From the NCBI RefSeq assembly GCF_014280175.1, contig NZ_CP047931.1:2309587-2341586 (forward strand): a DNA stretch of 32,000 nucleotides. The letters run 5' to 3'. The DNA is from Synechococcus sp. A15-28 (lineage in GTDB: Bacteria; Cyanobacteriota; Cyanobacteriia; PCC-6307; Cyanobiaceae). The stretch's first letter is position 1. Each line of letters starts with the position of its first letter. Made by a program: the position numbers and the translations under genes. The notes under the pieces were generated by a model that did no database searches, was not told where the DNA came from, and was given only the letters and a program-made list of their open reading frames with translations. Of the stretch, positions 19,527 to 30,009 are shown piece after piece.

Positions 19527-21649
19527 CTGGGAAAGCGGAAGTGACTCAATCCATCCAGCACGGCCGCAAGGCTGGGATGACCTGAGAACAGCACCCGTTT
19601 CTGCTGGGGATGCCGCACAAGGCAGGAATCATGGTCTGCCGGCACCACCGTCGCGGGCAGACCCCGGAGCAGCTCTCCATCTCCCTGCTGACTCGCCATC
19701 ACCATCACGTTCTCCAGGGGCAGCTCCCATTGCAGAGCGAGGTGACGAATAGCCTCACCGCGGGATGCCAGCCGGGGCAGGACATCGAGGTACCAATGGC
19801 AGCGCCGTTGAGGCCGGGCCGACAGCCCCTCCCGCCTCAACCTCTGACGCACATGATTCAACACCGATGCATCAGGTTGACGCTGCAGGTAACTCAGCTT
19901 CCAGGGCCCCTGATGCTCCTCGGTCTGGGGTTCTAGAAGGTCATGGAGATCATCCATCACTGCCTTGACTGAGGCGCGGTCCCAGTCGGCACTGATCTGC
20001 CGCTCCCAGGTTTGATCGAGCTGCAGATCCTCCCCCAGGTGAATCTCACTCCCCGCCCGGCTGATCCAGACCAACGGCGATGGCAAATGCAGATCGCCAT
20101 AGCGCTGCTGAGCCGCCGCCAGGGATCGACCGGTCAGGATCCCCAGGCCGTAGCGCTGACCATCGCGTTCCAGTTGGCTGCGCAGTGCCGTCAGCGAAGG
20201 TCCATCAGGCAGATCCAGGGTGCTGTCGAGATCGAGCAACAGCAGATGATCCGGTCGCTGCAACGTCGCCGGAGAACCCTGAGGCTTCGAACGGGCTGAT
20301 GGACGCTGATTCAACTGGGCTTGCATCAATCCCAGGTAACGGCAGACATGGGCATCCCAGCTGAAATGTCGCGACACCGCTTCCACGCCGTTGTCGCTCC
20401 AGCGCCGCCAACGACTGGCATCCTTACCGGCCCGCTCCAGCGCCTCCTGCAACGCTCCGGCATCGGTCACATCCACCAACAGACCGTTCTCACAGCGGGC
20501 CTGAATGTCTCGAGGACCACCGTCATCCGTCGCAACCATCGGCAGACCACAGGCCGCGGCCTCCAGCAGCGTGAGACCGAATGGCTCCGTCAGCGCTGGA
20601 TTGACGAACACACCTTGCCGTTGGGCAGCCCAGCGGTAAAAGGCCGGCACCTGGCAACGGCGATGCTGCTTCGGGTACGCGACGGAGCCGTAAAGGTCAT
20701 AGCGATCGACAAGATCGAACACCTGCTGGAACACATCCCGTTGCTGCTTCTCCAGCTGTCGGGGATCGTCCCGACACCCCAGCACCAGCACGAGGTTGTG
20801 GCGGTCGCGCAACACCGATGAGGCACCGAAGGCCTCCAGCAGGGCCGGGATGTTCTTGCGGCGGACGGCACGGGAAATCGCCAGCAACGGTGGCTTGTTG
20901 GGATCGCGAAGAAAGGGGCAAAGCAACTGATCCAACGCATCCCCTTCCGCTTCCGCTGCCACGGGATGAAAGCGTCCGGCATCCACGCCGGGCGGAATCA
21001 CCTGGGCAAGATCACGACGGAACTGGGCATAGCGGGCGTATTGCAGGTCCGCTTCCTGCTGCGTGCTGGTGATCACCAGATCCGCCTGGGTCAGAGCCTG
21101 CTCCTCCGCATCAATGCGTCGGCTCATGGCATAAGCCTGCTCAATCTGTTGACGATCGCCACCGCCGGCGAGAAGACGACGTTGCTTTTCCCGTCCGAGG
21201 GAATGACCGGTGAACACCAGGGGGAGATCAAGCCGTTGGCTCACCAGGGCCCCGACAAACCCCGCATCGGCGTAGTGGGCATGGATCCAGTCCACCTCCT
21301 GACCGGGCTGGCTGAGGTGATACACGAGCTGATCGGCAAGATCCTCCAGATGTGGCCACAGCTGTTCCTTGCGCAGATAGCGCTTCGGACCAAACGGAAA
21401 ACGCAGGATGCGAGCGTCGGGAGCCATCACCTCCACAGAACGGCCATAGTCAGCAGCAACCCGACGGTCCTGCACAAGACGGGTCACCACATCGACCCGC
21501 TCAACCTCAGGACGCTGGGCCAGGCTTCGGACCAGATCGAGGACGTAGAGCGTTTGGCCGCCGGTATCCGCGTCACGACCAAGCTCAAGATCCCGTGAAC
21601 GGAACAGACCGTGCAAGTGCAGATGAAGGACGCGGACACCCCTTCCCAT
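19517..21649 (-). CDS. Sucrose-phosphate synthase (GT4) with C-terminal sucrose-phosphatase-like HAD domain
   Basis: MGRGVRVLHLHLHGLFRSRDLELGRDADTGGQTLYVLDLVRSLAQ (SPS N-terminus), PPGVDAGRFHP, VFVNPALTEPFGLTLLEAAACGLPMVATDDGGP, then DHLLLLDLDSTL (HAD motif I). Start refined from GTG 21688 to ATG 21649. Confidence 0.93.
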   Translation of the reverse strand: MGRGVRVLHLHLHGLFRSRDLELGRDADTGGQTLYVLDLVRSLAQRPEVERVDVVTRLVQDRRVAADYGRSVEVMAPDARILRFPFGPKRYLRKEQLWPHLEDLADQLVYHLSQPGQEVDWIHAHYADAGFVGALVSQRLDLPLVFTGHSLGREKQRRLLAGGGDRQQIEQAYAMSRRIDAEEQALTQADLVITSTQQEADLQYARYAQFRRDLAQVIPPGVDAGRFHPVAAEAEGDALDQLLCPFLRDPNKPPLLAISRAVRRKNIPALLEAFGASSVLRDRHNLVLVLGCRDDPRQLEKQQRDVFQQVFDLVDRYDLYGSVAYPKQHRRCQVPAFYRWAAQRQGVFVNPALTEPFGLTLLEAAACGLPMVATDDGGPRDIQARCENGLLVDVTDAGALQEALERAGKDASRWRRWSDNGVEAVSRHFSWDAHVCRYLGLMQAQLNQRPSARSKPQGSPATLQRPDHLLLLDLDSTLDLPDGPSLTALRSQLERDGQRYGLGILTGRSLAAAQQRYGDLHLPSPLVWISRAGSEIHLGEDLQLDQTWERQISADWDRASVKAVMDDLHDLLEPQTEEHQGPWKLSYLQRQPDASVLNHVRQRLRREGLSARPQRRCHWYLDVLPRLASRGEAIRHLALQWELPLENVMVMASQQGDGELLRGLPATVVPADHDSCLVRHPQQKRVLFSGHPSLAAVLDGLSHFRFPSQR

Positions 21650-21853
21650 TGCTGCGATCCATCGAACATCGACGGTGTCAAAGGACACCGTTGCTTTGTC
21701 TCTAGGGAGAAAAAACGAGCCGAAAGTTGAAAAAAATGTGACGGATCGACGTTCAAACGTGCCTTGGTTTGTCGAAAACAGTGATCAACACTGACATTCA
21801 GGAACCTCTGCTGAACGCATCAACCAAGGATCAATTGTGAAGAACAAGCAATG

Positions 21854-23350
21854 TCAGAGCTTGTTGCTGACATCCACCAGATCCACTTGATCATCACCCC
21901 AACCACCGCCACTGAAGCTGACGGCACCATTCACCCCCAGCTGCTCATTGATCCAACCCAGCATCACTGGCCCCACCAGCGCTGGACGCTCCTCCCCTTG
22001 AAAACTGCGCAGGCTGAAGTGGTCAGCACCGTTCACCAGCACCAGCCGATGGCCCAGCTGAGCAGCCTTGGTATCTCGCATCGGGGAGATCGCCTCGGGT
22101 CCTGAAGGAACCACCCAATCGCGGGTTCCACTGATCAACAGCACCTTGGAACTGAGGCTGGTGGAGCTGGAGGGTTCAAACAGAAGACGCAAGGGGGGGC
22201 TGACCGCAACGACAGCCTTCACCCGTTGATCGGCAACACCTGCTCTGTTGATGCCGCTGAACCAGCTGCACTGGAGCACCCAGCTCAGGTTGCGCTCGGG
22301 GTGGCGAAGATCGTTGCAACGGTCCTTGAGTTTGCGTTCAGTAGGAACGCCACCTGAAAGCTGGAGTGTTGTGGTGGCGCCCCAGGAATGGCCCACCACA
22401 GCCACAGCCTTCGTGTTCAAAACCCGACCCTTCAACAGGCGGCCGGACTCGACGGCATCGAGCAGGGCTGACACATCCAGAGGACGCAGGCGCAATTCCT
22501 CCGGCCCCGGAGGCGGCCGATCCCCCGCCAACATCGCCCTCTGCTGATTGAAATCGCTGCCGGGATGATCCGGCAGAAGCACTGTGTAACCCTGAGCCGC
22601 CAACACCTCGCCCCATCCTTCGAACGATTCAGGGTCATCCCAGAGGCCATGGGAGATCACCACCAGACGCCCGTTGGCCGAGCTAGCCGGCACCAGCGTC
22701 AGCACCCTGAGTGATTCCGGACGATGGGTCACGGAAAGGCGAATGACCTGGCGGGTCCAGGACGGCTTCAACGGAGCCCGCAACGTTGGCGTGACCGTTG
22801 CAGCGGGCCCAGCCTTGACCAGGGCAACACCCTGCTCCTGATTGGCTTTGAGTCGGTTAGCCGCGTCAGCCACCCGAGACAGATCAATGGACGCCTGCTC
22901 ACCGGGGAGCTCCCGCAGGAAGCCAAGCACATTGGGTTGACCCTTGCGTTCCGCCCGCACCAGAGCATCCGTCAACATCCGACCGCTGGTATCGGTGTCG
23001 ACGCCCTCGAGTTCAACGAGATCCGTTGCAGCGAGCAGGGCCTGCTCAAGAAGCGGCTGACCGGTGGACCCCTCCAGGAAGGCCTTGGTCTCCACCGGCA
23101 ACGGTGCCAGGAACACCTTGCCGATCAGATCGAGAAGCTTGCCGCCGCTGGCTGATTGAAGGTCAGCAAGATCAGGGCTGGACTGAATCAGTTCCTCTGC
23201 AGTCCCGGACTCTGCGAGGTTGATGGTGACACTCGTCTCCAGGAACGGCATCCGCAGCACCAGGCGATCAAGCGCCTGGGCAGGCGCAGACATCCCTGCC
23301 AGAGCCAGGCCCCCTATGACGGCAGCCAAACGGGTTCCACAGCGCGTCAT
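21854..23350 (-). CDS. Secreted alpha/beta hydrolase with N-terminal DUF1400-type domain
   Basis: Signal peptide MTRCGTRLAAVIGGLALAGMSAPAQALD; DUF1400-like N-terminus; hydrolase part with LVVISHGLWDDPESFEGW, VAVVGHSWGATTTLQL (GHSWG nucleophile elbow) and VLVNGADHFS. Confidence 0.82.
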   Translation of the reverse strand: MTRCGTRLAAVIGGLALAGMSAPAQALDRLVLRMPFLETSVTINLAESGTAEELIQSSPDLADLQSASGGKLLDLIGKVFLAPLPVETKAFLEGSTGQPLLEQALLAATDLVELEGVDTDTSGRMLTDALVRAERKGQPNVLGFLRELPGEQASIDLSRVADAANRLKANQEQGVALVKAGPAATVTPTLRAPLKPSWTRQVIRLSVTHRPESLRVLTLVPASSANGRLVVISHGLWDDPESFEGWGEVLAAQGYTVLLPDHPGSDFNQQRAMLAGDRPPPGPEELRLRPLDVSALLDAVESGRLLKGRVLNTKAVAVVGHSWGATTTLQLSGGVPTERKLKDRCNDLRHPERNLSWVLQCSWFSGINRAGVADQRVKAVVAVSPPLRLLFEPSSSTSLSSKVLLISGTRDWVVPSGPEAISPMRDTKAAQLGHRLVLVNGADHFSLRSFQGEERPALVGPVMLGWINEQLGVNGAVSFSGGGWGDDQVDLVDVSNKL

Positions 23351-26322
23351 CAGGCGGCGATCAGGGTGATCTCCGGCGGATGCTGCTCCAAAACACGACT
23401 GAGATAGCGGCCTGTGTGACTGGTTGGATGCTGGGCCACCTCTTCCGGGGTACCGGTCACCAGGAGCTCGCCACCCTTGTCGCCACCCTCGGGTCCAAGG
23501 TCAATGATCCAATCAGAACAACGGATCACATCCAGGTTGTGCTCGATGCAGATGATCGAATTGCCCTTATCGACGAGACGCTGCATCACATCCATCAATT
23601 TGTGCACGTCGTAAAAACTCAGACCCGTGGTGGGTTCGTCGATCAGATAAAGGGTTTTTCCCGTCGCCCGACGTGACAACTCCGTCGCCAATTTCACCCG
23701 CTGCGCTTCGCCACCGGAGAGGGTCGGAGCCGGCTGGCCAAGCTTCACGTATCCGAGACCGACATCCACCAGGGTGCGCAATCGATCCGCCGCCTGCGGA
23801 ATCGCGTCGAACACCTCAGCGGCTTGCTCCACGGTCATTTGAAGCACATCGGCAATGGTGTGCCCCTTGTATTTGACCTGCAACGTCTCGCGGTTGAAGC
23901 GTGCCCCCTTGCAGACGTCGCACTGGACATAGACGTCCGGAAGGAAATTCATCTCAATCACATTCACGCCCTGGCCGCGGCAGGCCTCACAACGTCCTCC
24001 CTTGACGTTGAAACTGAACTGTCCCACCTGATAACCACGGGCCTTGGCTTCCACCGTGGCGGCGAACACCTGACGGATCGGATCGAACGCTCCGGTGTAA
24101 GTGGCCGGGTTGGAACGCGGTGTGCGGCCGATCGGGCTCTGATCGATCACGATCACCTTGTCGATCGACTTCAGCCCCCGCAATTCACCAAGGCCCTGCG
24201 GGAAGGGAACCTTGAGCCCAAGACCGTTCTCCAGAGCCGGGTGGAGCAGCTCATTCACCAGGGTGCTCTTGCCGCTGCCACTGACCCCTGTAACCGACAC
24301 CAACCGACCGAGGGGAAACTCAACGCTGACGTTCTTGAGGTTGTTGCGGTTGCAATCGAGCAATTTGAGCGAACGGGTCCCGCTCTGGCGTCGTTCCGCC
24401 GGGGTCGGGATCGAACGGCGACCGCTGAGGTAGGCACCCGTCAGAGACTCCTCACTGGCGACCAGATCCTCAAAGGAGCCCTCCGCCACGATGTGACCGC
24501 CGTGGACGCCCGCACCTGGACCGATGTCCACCACATGGTCGGCAGCACGGATGGTGTCCTCGTCGTGCTCCACCACCACCAGGGTGTTCCCCAGGTCGCG
24601 AAGCCGCACCAGGGTGTTGAGCAGACGGTCGTTATCCCGCTGATGCAGACCGATGCTCGGCTCATCCAGCACATACAGAACACCGGTGAGACCAGCACCA
24701 ATCTGGGTGGCCAGTCGGATCCGCTGAGCCTCACCGCCGGACAGGGTCATCGCCGGTCGATCCAGGCTCAGGTAATCGAGACCCACATCCAGCAGAAACT
24801 TCAGGCGCAGGCGGATTTCCCGCAGCACCAGATCTCCGATCTGAATCTGACGCTCATTCAGCAGCGGCTTGGCTCCCTCATGGCTGCCAACCCCCATCAA
24901 CCGCTCGATGCGTTCCAGGGTCTGACCGACGCTGACGGCCGTGAGCTCAGGAATGCAGAAGGGTCCGACCTTGACCGCGAGGGCCTCCGGTCGCAGCCGC
25001 TGGCCAGCGCAGCCTTCACAAGGCACCAACTCGAGGAATTTCTCAAGTTTCTGTCGCTGCGCCTCACCACTGGCATCGCGCAATTGACGCTCGAGGATCG
25101 GCAGGATCCCCTCGAAGGGCCGGTTGTAGCCACCTTTTCCCTTTCGATAGCGACTGTCCGCCTGAATCAGGATCGGATCGCGACTGCCGTGCAGCAACAC
25201 GTCCTGCTGCTCATCAGTCAGCTGGTTCCAGGGGGTTTTGATCTCGAAGCCAAAGGCCTCACCCACGGAATACAGCAGTGAGAAGTAGTAGCTGTTGTCC
25301 TTTTCAGCCCAGGGAGCCACTGCGGAGTACACCGGCTGAGTGGGATCAGGAATCACCCGGTCCACGGTGAACTTGCGCAGATGACCGATGCCATGGCAGG
25401 CCTCGCAAGCCCCGTAAGGGCTGTTGAACGAGAACAAGCGCGGCGACAGTTCCTCCATCACCGCACCGTGCACCGGGCACGCGAATTTCTCGGAGTAGAG
25501 ACGCTCCCGCTCGACACCGTCGGGAAGCTCCTCCCCCTTCTTGGGCACCACTTCCACCAAAGCGAGGCCGTCCCCACGTTTGAGAACAGTGCGCAGTGAA
25601 TCGGTGAGTCGTTCCTGGATCCCCTCACGGGCCACCAGACGATCGACCACCACCTCGATGTTGTGGCTGTGGTTCTTGTCGAGCTCGATGTTGTCGCCCA
25701 GTTCCCGGACTTCGCCATCGATACGCACCCGAGCAAACCCTTCGGCGGCAAGTCCGCTGATCAATTTGGTGTGGGTGCCCTTCTTGCCCCGCACCACGGG
25801 AGCCAGCAGCTGATAACGGGTACCCTCCGGCAGCAGCAGGATCTGATCGACCATCTCGTCGATGCTCTGAGGGCGGATCGAGCGCTCGCACTGGGGACAG
25901 TGGGGCTCACCGGCACGACCGAACAACAGACGCAGGTAGTCCTGAATTTCCGTGACCGTGCCAACGGTGGAGCGGGGGTTGTGACTGGTGGATTTCTGAT
26001 CGATCGAAATCGCCGGAGACAGACCCTCGATGGCATCCACATCCGGTTTGTCCACCTGGCCGAGGAACTGCCGGGCGTAGGCCGACAGGCTCTCGACGTA
26101 GCGGCGCTGACCCTCCGCAAAAATCGTGTCGAACGCCAGCGAACTCTTGCCGCTGCCACTGACACCGGTGAACACCACCAGCTTGTTGCGGGGGATGGTG
26201 ACGTCGACGTTCTTGAGGTTGTGCTGGCGCGCACCCCGCACCCGGATCACATCCTCCAGGCTGCCGCCGGACAGATTCACAGGAGTCTTCCGATCAGTGC
26301 TCTTGGCAGCAGCTCGCACCAT
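23350..26322 (-). CDS. uvrA: Excinuclease ABC subunit A
   Basis: IRVRGARQHNLKNVDVTIPRNKLVVFTGVSGSGKSSLAFDT, LSGGEAQRIRLATQIG, GRCEACRGQGV, TGLSFYDVHKLMDVMQRLVDKGNSIICIEHNLDVI. Confidence 0.98.
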   Translation of the reverse strand: MVRAAAKSTDRKTPVNLSGGSLEDVIRVRGARQHNLKNVDVTIPRNKLVVFTGVSGSGKSSLAFDTIFAEGQRRYVESLSAYARQFLGQVDKPDVDAIEGLSPAISIDQKSTSHNPRSTVGTVTEIQDYLRLLFGRAGEPHCPQCERSIRPQSIDEMVDQILLLPEGTRYQLLAPVVRGKKGTHTKLISGLAAEGFARVRIDGEVRELGDNIELDKNHSHNIEVVVDRLVAREGIQERLTDSLRTVLKRGDGLALVEVVPKKGEELPDGVERERLYSEKFACPVHGAVMEELSPRLFSFNSPYGACEACHGIGHLRKFTVDRVIPDPTQPVYSAVAPWAEKDNSYYFSLLYSVGEAFGFEIKTPWNQLTDEQQDVLLHGSRDPILIQADSRYRKGKGGYNRPFEGILPILERQLRDASGEAQRQKLEKFLELVPCEGCAGQRLRPEALAVKVGPFCIPELTAVSVGQTLERIERLMGVGSHEGAKPLLNERQIQIGDLVLREIRLRLKFLLDVGLDYLSLDRPAMTLSGGEAQRIRLATQIGAGLTGVLYVLDEPSIGLHQRDNDRLLNTLVRLRDLGNTLVVVEHDEDTIRAADHVVDIGPGAGVHGGHIVAEGSFEDLVASEESLTGAYLSGRRSIPTPAERRQSGTRSLKLLDCNRNNLKNVSVEFPLGRLVSVTGVSGSGKSTLVNELLHPALENGLGLKVPFPQGLGELRGLKSIDKVIVIDQSPIGRTPRSNPATYTGAFDPIRQVFAATVEAKARGYQVGQFSFNVKGGRCEACRGQGVNVIEMNFLPDVYVQCDVCKGARFNRETLQVKYKGHTIADVLQMTVEQAAEVFDAIPQAADRLRTLVDVGLGYVKLGQPAPTLSGGEAQRVKLATELSRRATGKTLYLIDEPTTGLSFYDVHKLMDVMQRLVDKGNSIICIEHNLDVIRCSDWIIDLGPEGGDKGGELLVTGTPEEVAQHPTSHTGRYLSRVLEQHPPEITLIAA

Positions 26323-26367
26323 CGGGCACCGATTGAAAGCACATGAGCTTAAGAAGAACGGCTGCGC

Positions 26368-28050
26368 TCAGGCCGAACGCTGGGCCAGGAGGCTGGCTGC
26401 ATAAAGATCAGCCTGATCGCCGCCAGCCAGTTCAGCCAGTTCCTGTCGACGCTCCCGAGTGTCCCGCAGCTGGGACACTCGCGAATAGGTGACGCCTTCG
26501 TCCACCTCCTTGCTGACCCTGAAGTGGTGATCCGCCACCGCCGCCACCAGCGGCTGATGGGTGACGCAGAACACCTGACGTTGCTCACCAAGGCTGCGCA
26601 GCAGATCAGCCATCGCTCCACTGACGCGACCACTCACACCCGCATCGATCTCATCGAACAGCAGCGTGCTGGAGCCATCGACAGCAGCGAGGGTGGTCTT
26701 CAAGGCCAGGAGGAAACGCGACATCTCGCCTCCGGACGCCACCTCCGTCAGCGGTGCCATCGGTTGACCGGGATTGGCGGAGAACAGAAAGCAGACGGCA
26801 TCCGCTCCGTGGTCCGCAGGATCCGCCGCTCGCAAATCCACCTTGAAACGCACGTTAGCCAGGCCCATCGGTGGCAAGAGCTCGAGCAGGGATGCCTGAA
26901 GAGCAACAGCAGCCTCAGAACGGGCCTGACGCAGGGCGTTATTGGCCTGATCCCGTTGCTGGCGCTGGGACAGTTCAACCAACCTCAGCCGCTCAAGATC
27001 CGCTGCGAATCCCCCATCCCCCAGCCTTTGCCTGAGGGCGTCGCGACGGTCGATCAACCCCGCAAGATCAAGACCATGGCGTCGCTGTAAACGCTTCAGA
27101 TCCGCCAGACGCTCCTGGATCCGATCGAGGTGCTCCGGGTCACTCTCCAAAGCCAGACCGTAGTGATCGAGGCAACGCAACAGCTCCTCAACATTCGCCT
27201 CCAGATCGAGGGCTTGATCCCGCAACTCCACCAGAGAGCTGTCGAGCTGAGCCATCGATTGCAGCTCCTGGACCGAAGCAGCGAGATGGTCCTGCAGCGA
27301 AGGTGCCTGCTCTGCACCATCCCTCAACCGACGGAACAACTGCGCCAGCCCCTCCTGCAGGCGCACGCCATGAACCAATCGATCCTGCTCCTGTTCCAGC
27401 CGCTCCTGTTCACCTGGATCCTCCAGACCAGCCGCCTCAAGCTGTTCGAGCAAGGCCTCCTGGTCTGCCCGTTCCTCCTCGGAACGCTGCTGTTCCCGCT
27501 CAACGGCCTCAAGTGCCGCGGCTGATTCACACCACCCCTGCCAGGCCGAAGCCACATCAGCCTTCAACGCCCCCAGGGAGGAGCCACCGAGACGATCCAG
27601 CCATCGACGCTGTTGACCGGGTTTGGACAGCAATTGCGTCTGACCCTGCACCGTGAGATCAATCAGCAACGGCCGGAGGGACAGGAGCTGCTGACGGTTG
27701 ACCGGCGTGCCGTTCAAGCGCGAACGGCTGGACCAACGATCTCCGTCCTGACGTTTCCACTCCCGGCTGATGAGCAGCTCGTCCTCGGGTTCAAAGTCGG
27801 CCTCGGACAACCAGTCCCTGAGCTGGGGACTGAGCTGAAAACTGGCTTCAATCCGAGCCCGCTCCGATCCATCGCGAAGCAACCGCTGACCGGCAGCTCC
27901 CTGAGCCCCTCCAAGCACCGCATCGAGGGCATCGAGGAGGATCGATTTTCCAGCGCCGGTCTCGCCGGTGAGCACCGTGAAACCCGATTCGAACTCCAGT
28001 TCGAGCTGATCGATCAGGGCGATGTTCTGCAGCTGCAGACCGGTGAGCAC
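26368..28050 (-). CDS. recN: DNA repair protein RecN
   Basis: MLTGLQLQNIALIDQLELEFESGFTVLTGETGAGKSILLDALDAVLG, SGGEMSRFLLALKTTLA, LLFDEIDAGVSGRVSGAMADLLRSLGEQRQVFCVTHQPLVAA. Confidence 0.97.
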   Translation of the reverse strand: MLTGLQLQNIALIDQLELEFESGFTVLTGETGAGKSILLDALDAVLGGAQGAAGQRLLRDGSERARIEASFQLSPQLRDWLSEADFEPEDELLISREWKRQDGDRWSSRSRLNGTPVNRQQLLSLRPLLIDLTVQGQTQLLSKPGQQRRWLDRLGGSSLGALKADVASAWQGWCESAAALEAVEREQQRSEEERADQEALLEQLEAAGLEDPGEQERLEQEQDRLVHGVRLQEGLAQLFRRLRDGAEQAPSLQDHLAASVQELQSMAQLDSSLVELRDQALDLEANVEELLRCLDHYGLALESDPEHLDRIQERLADLKRLQRRHGLDLAGLIDRRDALRQRLGDGGFAADLERLRLVELSQRQQRDQANNALRQARSEAAVALQASLLELLPPMGLANVRFKVDLRAADPADHGADAVCFLFSANPGQPMAPLTEVASGGEMSRFLLALKTTLAAVDGSSTLLFDEIDAGVSGRVSGAMADLLRSLGEQRQVFCVTHQPLVAAVADHHFRVSKEVDEGVTYSRVSQLRDTRERRQELAELAGGDQADLYAASLLAQRSA

Positions 28051-28125
28051 AGCATCCCCGGTGGTGATGCTGAACGTAGCGACGGCTCGCGTCGTTTAGA
28101 AGGGGTGCATCAACCCCCTTTAACG

Positions 28126-29985
28126 ATGACAGCGGAGCTCGGGGATTTCATCGAAGCAGCTGGTCTGCTCGAGTACGACCCCGCTGCCATCACCAGGATT
28201 TATGCAGGCCATCCCCAGCGGCTGATCCGCCGTTTGTGGCAGACCCTGGTTCCGATTGGACTGCTGTTGCTCGGTGTGGCCTTCGACTGGATCTTCCAGT
28301 TGCTGAACGACGAGGAACGGGCCCGAAGCCGCGCCCGTGAATGTGCGGAGCTTCTGGTGGATCTGGGGCCAGCCTTCATCAAGGCCGGTCAGGCCCTGTC
28401 CACCCGACCCGACATCGTGCCTCCCCTGCTGTTGGAGGAACTCTCACAACTGCAGGACCAGCTGCCAGGATTCGACAGCGATCTGGCCATGGCTTGCATC
28501 GAGGAGGACCTCGGCGCGCCCGTCGACGAGATCTACGAACAACTCGACAGGGAGCCGATTTCCGCCGCGTCACTGGGTCAGGTGCACTGCGGCACACTCA
28601 GAAACGGGCAGAAGGTTGCAGTCAAAGTTCAGCGCCCGGGCCTGCGGGAACAGATCACCCTGGATCTCTACATCGTCCGCAACATCGCCGCCTGGTTAAA
28701 GAGCAACATCGGCCTGATCCGCAGTGATCTGGTCGCCCTGATCGATGAGCTGGGCAGTCGGGTGTTCGAGGAAATGGACTACCTCAACGAGGCGTCCAAC
28801 GCTGAAAAATTCGCCGAACTGCACAGCCACAACCCCCGCATTGCCGTGCCGGCCATCTTCCATGAGGCCACCAGCCGTCGGGTCCTGACGATGGAGTGGA
28901 TCGATGGGGTGAAGCTCACCAACCTCGATGCGGTCCGTCAACTGGGAGTCGATCCCGACGACATGGTGGATGTCGGTGTCAACTGCAGCTTGCAGCAGCT
29001 GCTGGAACACGGCTTTTTCCATGCCGACCCCCACCCCGGCAATCTCCTGGCTCTGGAGGACGGTCGCCTCTGTTATCTCGACTTCGGGATGATGAGCGAA
29101 GTGAGCCGCGAATCACGCACCGGCTTGATTCAGGCGGTGGTTCATTTGGTGAACCGCAACTTCGGAAAACTCTCAAAGGACTTCGTAACCCTTGGTTTTC
29201 TGGCGGAAGACGTCAATCTCGAACCGATTGTTCCCGCCTTCGAGTCGGTGTTCAGTCAAGCCCTGGAAGCAGGGGTCAACCGCATGGACTTCAAGGCCGT
29301 GACGGATGACATGTCCGGTGTGATGTACAAATTTCCCTTCCGGGTTCCTCCCTATTACGCGCTGATCATCCGCTCATTGGTCACGCTCGAGGGCATTGCC
29401 CTGTGTGTGGATCCCCAGTTCAAGATCCTCGGCGCGGCCTACCCCTATTTCGCGCGGCGACTGATGGAGGACCCCGATCCACAGCTGCGTCAGAGCCTGA
29501 AAGAAATGCTTTTCGACGGTGATGCATTCCGTTGGACCCGTCTGGAAAATCTCGTGTCCAGCGCCGCCAGCCAGGCACAACTGGATCTCGAAGCTCTCCT
29601 GGATCAGGTGTTGGATTTTCTGTTCTCCCCCAAGGCAGGTCTGCTGAGGGATCAGTTGGTGGATGCCACCGTGGATCGCCTCGACGCCATTGGCTGGTCG
29701 ACCATGCAACGACTGGGACGCCGCTTACCCAAGCGCCTTCAGCCCAGTGCCTTCCAGTCCCGGGGATTGCCCCCTGCTGACCCCCTGCTGCATCTGGAAC
29801 CGATCCGTGAACTGATCAACGTTCTTCAGTCTCTGCCGGGCTTCACCCCTGATCTTCTGCTCAAACGGATGCCGAGGTTGCTGAATGAACCGGACACACG
29901 TCGAATGGGTGTCCAGGTGGCTCAAGGTCTGGCCGAACGGGGAGTTGTCCGCCTTGTCAGGGTTGCGGCTGGAGTCCCCACCTAA
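28126..29985 (+). CDS. ABC1/UbiB-family (AarF) protein kinase-like protein
   Basis: LVDLGPAFIKAGQALSTRPDIVPP, AASLGQVHCGTLRNGQKVAVKVQRPG, LEHGFFHADPHPGNLLAL, LCYLDFGMM. Start refined to ATG 28126 (the track starts at 27613). Confidence 0.95.
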   Translation: MTAELGDFIEAAGLLEYDPAAITRIYAGHPQRLIRRLWQTLVPIGLLLLGVAFDWIFQLLNDEERARSRARECAELLVDLGPAFIKAGQALSTRPDIVPPLLLEELSQLQDQLPGFDSDLAMACIEEDLGAPVDEIYEQLDREPISAASLGQVHCGTLRNGQKVAVKVQRPGLREQITLDLYIVRNIAAWLKSNIGLIRSDLVALIDELGSRVFEEMDYLNEASNAEKFAELHSHNPRIAVPAIFHEATSRRVLTMEWIDGVKLTNLDAVRQLGVDPDDMVDVGVNCSLQQLLEHGFFHADPHPGNLLALEDGRLCYLDFGMMSEVSRESRTGLIQAVVHLVNRNFGKLSKDFVTLGFLAEDVNLEPIVPAFESVFSQALEAGVNRMDFKAVTDDMSGVMYKFPFRVPPYYALIIRSLVTLEGIALCVDPQFKILGAAYPYFARRLMEDPDPQLRQSLKEMLFDGDAFRWTRLENLVSSAASQAQLDLEALLDQVLDFLFSPKAGLLRDQLVDATVDRLDAIGWSTMQRLGRRLPKRLQPSAFQSRGLPPADPLLHLEPIRELINVLQSLPGFTPDLLLKRMPRLLNEPDTRRMGVQVAQGLAERGVVRLVRVAAGVPT

Positions 29986-30009
29986 GTTCTGGGCACTGCT
30001 CCAGGGGTG

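Noticed and set aside
23824-25281. 485-aa plus-strand ORF antisense to uvrA
   Set aside because: Antisense shadow of uvrA with H/Q-rich composition and no motifs.
28100-28122. Hairpin AAGGGGT...ACCCCCTT ahead of the ABC1 kinase gene
   Set aside because: Short imperfect stem (about 5 bp); no T-run; not distinguishable from chance.
27613-28125. N-terminal extension of the ABC1 kinase ORF
   Set aside because: Antisense to recN; the natural start is ATG 28126 with the family-like N-terminus.
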